Below are positions 17,735 to 24,000 of a stretch of DNA of 24,000 nucleotides, in pieces. Position 1 is the stretch's first letter; each line of letters begins with the position of its first letter. The DNA comes from an uncultured Thermoleophilaceae bacterium (lineage in GTDB: Bacteria; Actinomycetota; Thermoleophilia; Solirubrobacterales; Thermoleophilaceae): the NCBI GenBank assembly GCA_963722245.1, contig CAVRKM010000003.1:28572-52571 (forward strand), in the 5' to 3' direction. The notes under the pieces are model-generated. The model worked only from the letters and a program-made list of their open reading frames with translations, did no database searches and had not been told where the DNA came from. A program made the translations under genes and the position numbers.

Positions 17735-18520
17735 ATGAGCACCGCGGGCCTGCTGGCCGTCGAGGCGCGGTGTCATCTGGTGCTGGTCACGGGGCTGTGG
17801 GCGGTGAGCGTCGCCGTGCGCGACACCTCGATCGTCGACGTCTTCTGGGGCAGCGGCTTCGTCGTCGTCGCGTGGGTCGCCTTCGCGCTGGCGGACGGGA
17901 GTCGCGACCGTCGCCTGCTCCTGGCGCTGCTCGTGACGGCCTGGGGCCTGCGCCTGACCGTCTATCTCGGCCGCCGCAACCTCGGCAAGGGCGAGGACCG
18001 CCGCTACGCGGCGATGCGCCGCCGGCACGGCGACCGCTGGCCGCTGCGCAGCCTGGTCGTCGTGTTCTGGCTGCAGGGCGCTCTGATGTGGGTCGTCTCG
18101 CTTCCGGTCCCGGTCGCGATGACCGACCCCACGCCCGCGGGCCTCGGCGCGCTCGACTGGGTCGGCGCCGCGCTGTGGGCGGTCGGGCTCGCGTTCGAGG
18201 CCGTCGGCGACGCGCAGCTCGCGCGATTCAAGGCCGATCCGGCGAACCGCGGCAAGGTCATGGACCGCGGGCTGTGGCGCTACACGCGCCATCCGAACTA
18301 CTTCGGCGACTTCTGCGTCTGGTGGGGGATCTGGCTCATCGCGCTGAGCACCGGCAGCGCGTGGTGGACGGTGGTCGGTCCGGTGGTCATGTCGGTCCTG
18401 CTGATCCGGGTCAGCGGCGCGGCGCTGCTCGAGCGATCGCTGATCCGGCGGCGCGAGGGCTACGCGGACTACGTCGCCCGCACCAGCGCGTTCTTTCCCT
18501 GGCCGCCGCGTCGCCGCTGA
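17735..18520 (+). CDS. DUF1295 / steroid-5-alpha-reductase-like membrane protein
   Basis: The 261-aa product has DTSIVDVFWGSGFVVVAW, GEDRRYAAMRRRHG, GLWRYTRHPNYFGDFCVWWGIWLIAL and LLERSL..RREGYADYVARTSAFFPWPP, the characteristic DUF1295 pattern. Confidence 0.8.
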   Translation: MSTAGLLAVEARCHLVLVTGLWAVSVAVRDTSIVDVFWGSGFVVVAWVAFALADGSRDRRLLLALLVTAWGLRLTVYLGRRNLGKGEDRRYAAMRRRHGDRWPLRSLVVVFWLQGALMWVVSLPVPVAMTDPTPAGLGALDWVGAALWAVGLAFEAVGDAQLARFKADPANRGKVMDRGLWRYTRHPNYFGDFCVWWGIWLIALSTGSAWWTVVGPVVMSVLLIRVSGAALLERSLIRRREGYADYVARTSAFFPWPPRRR

Positions 18521-18562
18521 GCGCCGGGCCGGGCCTTAGGTCTCCGTCGGAGCCGGCCCGCC

Positions 18563-19520
18563 TCAGTGATCGTGCGGCGGCGGTGGACGGGATGGAGAAC
18601 CGGCCGGGGTGGGCGCCCCCTCATCCTCGCCAAGCGCCCTGCGCAGCGCCTCCGTGAAGGGGATCGGGTGCACGTCGAAGAGCGCCGCCCCCGAGCTGTC
18701 CGTAACGGTGGTCGGCGTCGACAGCCCCTCTACGAGTGGCCGGGCGACTCCGGCGTCGACCGGGGTCACGAGTCCGATCCAGAGCGAGGACAGCCAGGGC
18801 GTGAGGAGCGGCACCGGCACCCGGGGGCGGCGCCGCACGCCGAGGGCATCGGCCATCAGGTCGAGCATCTCGCCGTAGGAGAGGACGTCGGGACCTGCGA
18901 TCTGCACCTCGCGGCCCGCTGAGGCTGGGACGTCGGGCGCCGCCACTAGGTAGGTCATCACGTCGTCGATCGCGATCGCCTGCGTGGGCGTCTTGAGCCA
19001 CGCGGGGCCGATCATCGCCGGGAGCCGCTGCACGAGGTAGCGCAGTGTGCGGTAGGACTCGCTTCCCTCCCCCACGATCATCCCGGCTCGGAAGTAGGTC
19101 AGCGGCGGCCCCCGCTCGGAGAGAATCTCGGCGGTCCGGTGGCGGCTGCGAAGGTGCGCCGACCCCGGGCGATCACCCAGCCCGCCCAGGTAGACGACCC
19201 GGGCGATCGCCCTCTCGCGTCGCCATCTCGGCGAAGTTCCGCGCGCTGTGCCGCTCGCGTTCCTCAAACTCGCCCCGTGCCCCGCGTCCCATCGCGTGAA
19301 TGAGGTAGTAGGCGATCTCGACTCGTTCCCCGGCCCCGCGCAGCGCGTTTGCATCGAGCACGTCGGCCTCGTGCAGCTCGAAGCCACGATCGGCCAGCTC
19401 CTGCGCTCGCGAGCGGTCGCGCACGAGACAGCGCACCTCCCAGCCGCGGTCGGCGAGCGCAGCGGCCAGCCGCCCGCCCACGAACCCGGTGGCGCCGGTC
19501 ACGAGCGCACGCCGCGGCAA
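18563..19520 (-). CDS. NAD(P)H-binding NmrA/atypical-SDR-like protein. The frame is broken once as assembled (~19210).
   Basis: MPRRALVTGATGFVGGRLAAALADRGWEVRCLVRD has a TTG start after GAGAGGA. The sequence then continues in another frame as IARVVYLGGLGDRPGSAHLRSRHRTAEIL...GREVQIAGPDVLSYGEMLDLMADALG. Confidence 0.75.
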
Positions 19521-19580
19521 GCCTACGGTCCTCTCAGCTCCGGGCCGCCCACTGGCGAGATTATGCAGAGGCCGGTGCTC

Positions 19581-19873
19581 TCAGCCTGCGAGCGCGCCGG
19601 CGTAGACCTGCCATGCCAGCGCGCTCTTGGCGACCAAGCTGAGGATCAGGTAGACGCGCTCGGCGAACGCCGGGTCCGCCCAACGGCCGCGCCCACGGTA
19701 CTGCAGCCACATGTTGACCGCGAACGTGTTGAAGAGCAGGAACAGCGTGACGAAGATCGCGACGACGAACCCGGGGACCCCGTTGCCGTCGCTAGTCGAG
19801 ACGACGAGTTGGGCCGTGATCGCGATCCACGGCACGGCGCCAACCACGCACCCGAAGATGAACGGCCGCCAGT
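19581..19873 (-). pseudogene. 3' fragment of a second heliorhodopsin gene (last ~96 codons, TM6-TM7 including the retinal Lys)
   Basis: The 293 nt match 12798-13093 with 2 substitutions and one in-frame 3-nt indel. There is no 5' part and no credible start. Homology stops 13 nt from the MFS stop codon. Confidence 0.85.
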
Positions 19874-19886
19874 AGACCCGAGTCCT

Positions 19887-21588
19887 TCATGGGCGCATCA
19901 GACGGCGCGGTCGAGGAGCGTCAGGCGCGTGCGGGGTTCGCCCGGACGAGCGTCCGAGGCCGCCGGCTGCTCCTCCCGCTGCCGCGCCGCCGGGTCGTCC
20001 GCGCGGCAGCGCCAGGCTCATCAGCAGGCCGAGCACGATGAATCCGGTCGCCAGCAGGGCGGTGCGGCGTACGGCGCTGACGTATGCGTCGTCGAGAGCC
20101 GTGGCCTGCGCCTGGGACCCCGGCAGGGCGCGCACCCCGAGCAGGCTCGTCCCGAGGCTGTCCTCGAACGCCGTCGCGGTCGCGTGGGCCCGTGCGGCCG
20201 GCACGTTCGCCGCCGCCAGTTCGTCGCGCGCGAACGAGCCGAGGCTCAGCGCGAGCACCGTCCCGAGCATCGCGATCCCGAGCGCGGAGCCGAGCTGACG
20301 CGCGGTGCTCTGCAGGCCCGACGCCTGACCGGACTGCTCCGGCGGCACATCGATGAGGATCACGCTCGTCAGCTGCGCGGTGGCGAAGCCGACGCCCAGG
20401 CCGTAGACGAACAGGATCGCCGCGATCTCCCCTTCGCTGATCGTGGTCGATGCCGAGAGTGCGAACGCGCCCACGCCGATGGCCTCGAGCAGCATGCCGG
20501 CCGTGACGACGCGGCGACCGCCGAAGCGCTGGGCCAGGAGCGCGGCAGCGGGCCCCGCGAGGAACGCGCCGGCCGCCATCGCCGCGATCACGACGCCCGT
20601 CTCAGCGCGCTGTAGCCGAGGACCGTCTGCAGGAACAGCGGCAGGACGAACAGGATCCCGAACTCGCCGAGGCTCACGAGCAGCGCCGTCGCGCTGCCGA
20701 GGCTGAAGCTGCGCAGCCGGAACAGGCGGAAGTCCAGCAGCGCGACGCGCCCCGCCTGCTGACGGCGCCACTCGACCGCCAGGAACACGCCGAGCCCGAT
20801 CACCCCGCACGTGAACGCGAACGGCACAGGCGAGGCGCCACCGGCCGAGGCCGACAGCGGCCCGATCGACCAGGCCTCCTTCGCTCCCCACCAGCCGTAG
20901 TGCTGACCCTCGATGAGCCCGAACACGAACAACCCGAGCCCGAACGACGAGAGCAGAATCCCGCGCCAGTCGATCCCCGCTTCAGCATGCTCGTCCTTCG
21001 TCTCGGGGACGAAACGCAACGCCCCGAGGATGCAGACGACGCCGATCGGGACGTTGATGAGGAAGATCCAGCGCCAGCTCGCTTCGGTGACGAGCCAGCC
21101 CCCAACGAGCGGCCCGAGCGCCGCCATGCCGCCGATGACCGAGCCCCACACGCCGAACGCGATCGCCCTGTCGCGCCCGCGGAAGATCGCGTTGACCGAC
21201 GAGAGCGTCGAGGGCAGGATCGCGGCGCCGCCGACGCCCTGCAGCACCCGCGCGGCGATCAGCGCTCCGCCGCTCTGCGAGACCGCCGCGAGCAGACTGG
21301 CGAGCGCGAAAATGACGACGCCGAAGACGAAGACGCGCCGCCGGCCGACACGTCGCCCAGGCGTCCGAGCGTCAAGAGCAGCGCAGCGAAGACGAGCGGG
21401 TAGACCGAGTTGATCCACTCGGCCTGCGTCGTGCCGAGCCCAAGGTCGCGGATGATCGTCGGCAGCGCGACATTCACCACGGTCGCGTCAACGATGATGA
21501 TCGAGACGCCGAGACTCAGAACGGCGAGGCCGATCCAGCGCCCGCGATCCTGCGCCGCACCGGCCATGCGCGCGTCACGCTGGTTCAT
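19887..21588 (-). CDS. DHA2-family (EmrB/QacA-type, 14-TMS) MFS transporter. The frame is broken twice as assembled (~21348 and ~20607).
   Basis: VSIIIVDATVVNVALPTIIRDLG and LTLGRLGD are followed in the next frame by VGRRRVFVFGVVIFALASLLAAV...LQGVGGAAILPSTLS...WRWIFLINVPIG. The next frame gives ETGVVIAAMAAGAFLAGPAAALLAQRFGGRR...LTSVILIDVPPEQSGQASGLQSTARQLG. The start could be the ATG at 21588 or the one at 21567. Confidence 0.8.
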
Positions 21589-21807
21589 CGGGCGCAAGCT
21601 CGGGTCCACGAGCGCCAACTGTCGCACCTCGGGCGATCGACGCTTCCCCGGCTGGACGTGGTACGACACCTACCGGATCGTCCGTTGCCGGGGGGCCTGA
21701 CGCCTGCTCGGTCGAGCGCGGAAACGCCTCCCTGTTCGTGGCAGGCTGGGCCGGGTTGGGTCTCGGGGGAGACCGGGCTTGATGGGTTCCTCAATTGAGC
21801 TGGTTTC

Positions 21808-21880
21808 TCGAACCGGCGACACCATGTTCTGACGCGTGGTCTCCAGCGTTCTAGTCCAGCGCCCGATCCAGGGGCGCACC
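21808..21880 (-). other. Degenerate tRNA-like relic / possible third att copy
   Basis: 21808-21824 (TCGAACCGGCGACACCA) is identical to 22513-22529 of tRNA-Phe and to 10027-10043. Weaker anticodon-arm and D-arm-like similarity extends to ~21880. It cannot fold into a canonical cloverleaf because the second half of the T-loop and the acceptor 3' strand are missing. Confidence 0.45.
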
Positions 21881-21893
21881 ACGCGCCCAAAGC

Positions 21894-22388
21894 ATTGGAC
21901 TCGTCTGGGGCAACATCGACTTCGGCAAGGAAGCGATCCGAGTCACCGGACAGCTTCAGCGTGGACGCAAAGAGGACGACCTTTGGATTCCGCTCATCGC
22001 GTCGAGTACGCGAAGACCGATGCTGGCTCGCGCATCGTGGAACTCATCCCGTCCGATCTGTTCAAGGCGCTCAAGAAGCACAAGCTCGGGCTCACCTCAC
22101 TGACGACGAAGACCTAGTTTTCTGCACGGCAGACGGGACGCCCCCGGTCCATCGCAACGTCTCCAAGCGAGGCTTCGTCTCAGCCAAGGAGAGGGCCAAA
22201 CTCGATGGACCTGGCAAGCCCAACCTGCGCTTCCACGATCTGAGGCACACCTACGCCTCAGCCAACATCGCGGCAGGCGTAGATGCGATCTACCTCGCTA
22301 ACCAGCTAGGGCACCAGCGAGCTTCACGATGGACATTTACGCGGACCTGTTCGAGGCCCGGGAGAAGGCGGACTCGTCTCGAACCTAG
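21894..22388 (+). pseudogene. Tyrosine recombinase (phage-type integrase), C-terminal catalytic half only, with >=3 frame breaks
   Basis: GLVWGNIDFGKEAIRVTGQLQRG (frame 0), AKTDAGSRIVELIPSDLFKALKKHKL (frame 2), DLVFCTADGTPPVHRNVSKRGF...NLRFHDLRHTYASANIAAGVDAIYLANQLGH (frame 1) and FTMDIYADLFEAREKA (frame 0, catalytic Tyr). Stop TAG is at 22386-22388. Confidence 0.8.
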
Positions 22389-22451
22389 CTCGAAGCGAGC
22401 GGCTACAGCGGTCTCGTCTGAGACCTCGCGTTCCCAAATCCGTTTCCAAAC

Positions 22452-22485
22452 GAGGCTCCGGCGCAACTCGGAGCCTCCGTTTTGG
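22452..22485 (+). terminator. Intrinsic terminator hairpin between the integrase remnant and tRNA-Phe
   Basis: GAGGCTCCG, loop gcgcaact, then CGGAGCCTC form a perfect 9-bp stem followed by CGTTTTGG. Confidence 0.6.
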
Positions 22486-22497
22486 CTCTAGGACTGA

Positions 22498-22570
22498 TGG
22501 CGAGGGCCGGAATCGAACCGGCGACACCACGATTTTCAGTCGTGTGCTCTACCAACTGAGCTACCTCGCC
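22498..22570 (-). tRNA. tRNA-Phe (anticodon GAA)
   Basis: The minus-strand reading is GGCGAGG TA GCTC AGTTGGTA GAGC A CACGA CTGAAAA TCGTG GTGTC GCCGG TTCGATT CCGGC CCTCGCC A. It is a perfect cloverleaf of 73 nt, and CCA is not encoded. Confidence 0.95.
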
Positions 22571-22619
22571 GCGCAGGGCTGAGAGCCTATCCGTCCGGCG
22601 CGCGGGCGACGCTGGCGAA

Positions 22620-23255
22620 ATGCAGCCCAAGAACAGGGAGTGGCTCGCACCGCTCACCGGCGTCGGGTTCATCGTGCTCGGGATCGTGAGCTTCATCGTG
22701 GGGGGCGAGCCGAAGAGCGCGGACCACCCGGTCAAGGAGGTCGTCGCCTTCTACGTTGACAACAAGGACTCGGTGGAGGTCGGGGCGTTCATCGGCGTGG
22801 CCGCGATGGTGCTGCTGGTCTTCTTCGGCGGCTATCTCCGCAAGGTCCTGCGCGCGGCGGCGGGCGAGGGGGAGATGCTGTCGCTGATCTCGTTCGTCGG
22901 CATCGCGATCGTGGCGGTCGGGTTGGCGGTGGACACGACCATCCTGATCGCTCTCAGCGAGGCTGCGAACGACATCGATCCCGTCGCCGTTCAGGCCTTG
23001 CAGGCGCTCTGGGACAACGACTTCATCCCCCTCGTGGTGGGTGTGCTGCTGTTCCTCTGGGGCACCGGGCTGTCGGTCATCCGCACCGGCGTGCTGCCGA
23101 AGTGGCTCGGCTGGGTGATGATCGGGCTGGGGGTAATCGGCTTTACGCCGATCGGCTTCGTCTCGGCCGTGGGCGCAGCGATCCTGGTGCTGGTGCTCAG
23201 CGTTCTCTTGACGCTCCGTGCGCGCTCGCCAGTGGCTGACGCGCCGGGTACGTAG
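22620..23255 (+). CDS. Hypothetical integral membrane protein (about 6 TM segments)
   Basis: The 211-aa ORF has repeated hydrophobic helices (VGFIVLGIVSFIVGG, GAFIGVAAMVLLVFFGG, LISFVGIAIVAVGLAV, LVVGVLLFLWGTGL, WVMIGLGVIGFTPIGFV...). No family could be assigned from memory. Confidence 0.6.
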   Translation: MQPKNREWLAPLTGVGFIVLGIVSFIVGGEPKSADHPVKEVVAFYVDNKDSVEVGAFIGVAAMVLLVFFGGYLRKVLRAAAGEGEMLSLISFVGIAIVAVGLAVDTTILIALSEAANDIDPVAVQALQALWDNDFIPLVVGVLLFLWGTGLSVIRTGVLPKWLGWVMIGLGVIGFTPIGFVSAVGAAILVLVLSVLLTLRARSPVADAPGT

Positions 23256-23774
23256 CTACGCCAGGCCCTCGCTCTTGTACTCGCGCAGGAAGCCCTCGAA
23301 GAGTCGTCGGTGGCCCTCTTCGTCGCGCAGGATCGTGATCACCATGTCCTGGGTCACCGGGTCCTTGCCTTCGCAGAACTCGATGATCTGGTTGTAGTAC
23401 TCGATCGCGCCGGTCTCGGCCTCGATCACGCCCTGGATCACGTGCACGACGTCGATCTGGTCGTCGGGCGGCTGGAGGTACGACTGCTCGGCCTGGAAGT
23501 CGAGCGAGCCGGGCACCACGCCGTAGAGCTCCTTGACGCGCTCGCCGAACTGGCGGGCGTGCCCGAGCTCCTCCTGGATGTCGCCCTCGAGCGACTCGAT
23601 GATCTCCTGGGCCCTGACCCCCTCGGGGTTGATCGAGTTGGCGATGTAGCTCATCACGGTCTCGATCTCCATCCAGTAGGCCTTGATCAGCATCTCGATG
23701 AGCTGAGCCCGGTCCTCCCGCAACTCGTCGCTGAGGATGCCGTGGCGCAGTGAAGTGTTGGTGTCGGTGGCCAT
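23256..23774 (-). CDS. Ferritin-like (diiron four-helix-bundle) protein
   Basis: The reading starts at the ATG at 23774 (MATDTNTS...). Two ExxH motifs are present (IQEELGHA, RDEEGHRR), and the sequence reads as a helix-bundle protein. The upstream TTG at 23807 is a less likely start. Confidence 0.7.
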   Translation of the reverse strand: MATDTNTSLRHGILSDELREDRAQLIEMLIKAYWMEIETVMSYIANSINPEGVRAQEIIESLEGDIQEELGHARQFGERVKELYGVVPGSLDFQAEQSYLQPPDDQIDVVHVIQGVIEAETGAIEYYNQIIEFCEGKDPVTQDMVITILRDEEGHRRLFEGFLREYKSEGLA

Positions 23775-23821
23775 AGCAAGCTGGTACCGCACCGGCCTTC
23801 CCGCCAAACTACGCTGCGCTC

Positions 23822-24000
23822 ATGAGAACTCGCGCGAAGCTGGCCCTGGCCCTCGTCCTGCTCCTCGTCGCCGCCGTTCCCGCGGTTGCGGCGACCACTC
23901 CGACCGGCAAGAGCGCCGAGCAGATACGCCAGTACAGGGACTCGGGCGAGTGGGCCAGGGCCGTCTCGAAGCAGGCCACGAAGGCAAAGGCCTGGCTCAA
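23822..24000 (+). CDS. 5' part of a secreted protein (signal peptide), continuing beyond the window
   Basis: The ATG at 23822 gives MRTRAKLALALVLLLVAAVPAVAATTPTGKSAEQIRQYRDSGEWARAVSKQATKAKAWL. This is a clear signal peptide and more protein-like than the antisense ORF 23809..24000. Confidence 0.5.
   Translation, partial: MRTRAKLALALVLLLVAAVPAVAATTPTGKSAEQIRQYRDSGEWARAVSKQATKAKAWL

Larger units (their letters stand above)
10007..22536. mobile_element. Eroded tRNA-Phe-integrated genomic island (~12.5 kb) with a decayed tyrosine integrase
   Basis: Perfect 44-bp direct repeats lie at both ends, one inside the intact tRNA-Phe gene. An integrase remnant is adjacent to the tRNA. The cargo is unrelated to the flanking cluster and includes several truncated genes. 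Confidence 0.8.

Noticed and set aside
18526-18559. GGGCCGG...CCGGCCC inverted repeat between the convergent DUF1295 and NAD-binding genes, a possible bidirectional terminator
   Set aside because: It has a 7-bp stem with a 20-nt loop and no T tract, which is too weak to list as a feature.
19874-19889. The MFS transporter stop codon (TGA, 19889-19887) is in the same frame as the heliorhodopsin fragment five codons downstream, which hints at a read-through fusion.
   Set aside because: There is a one-in-three chance of this by coincidence, no recoding signal is visible, and the junction looks like a deletion scar.
1-24000. Scan for CRISPR arrays, IS elements with terminal inverted repeats, toxin-antitoxin pairs or defence-system genes in the island
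   Set aside because: None is recognisable. The only repeats are the ACP array, the tRNA-derived att copies and the heliorhodopsin duplication.

Overview
Very GC-rich, actinobacterial-type DNA in three parts. (1) 1-9834 is the tail of a secondary-lipid (PUFA-synthase-like) cluster: the ACPx3-KR-DH C-terminal part of a PfaA-like megasynthase, a ~1850-aa single-chain BC-BCCP-CT acyl-CoA carboxylase, and an Sfp-type PPTase. (2) 10007-22536 is a ~12.5 kb eroded integrative island inserted in tRNA-Phe(GAA), marked by a 44-bp perfect direct repeat and a decayed tyrosine integrase. Its cargo includes two different photoreceptor genes: a full-length heliorhodopsin and a MerR/B12-binding LitR/CarH-type regulator. 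It also carries a FAS1 protein, SRPBCC protein, SDR, alpha/beta-hydrolase, PlsC-type acyltransferase, DUF1295 protein, NAD-binding protein, DHA2 MFS pump and several gene stumps (TerC, MalT-like, a second heliorhodopsin 3' end). (3) 22571-24000 holds core genes: a membrane protein, a ferritin-like protein and the start of a secreted protein. Three things stand out. First, the light-sensing island has a shared promoter/operator-like motif (ACTGTATAGC plus 11-bp-phased TGT/ACA repeats) in front of litR and the FAS1 gene. Second, Thr replaces the canonical phosphopantetheine Ser in all three ACP repeats. Third, at least 13 single-position frame breaks occur in otherwise intact genes; these most likely reflect indel errors in the sequence, or wholesale pseudogenisation if real. 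All calls come from reading the sequence and from recalled family motifs; no database search was possible.
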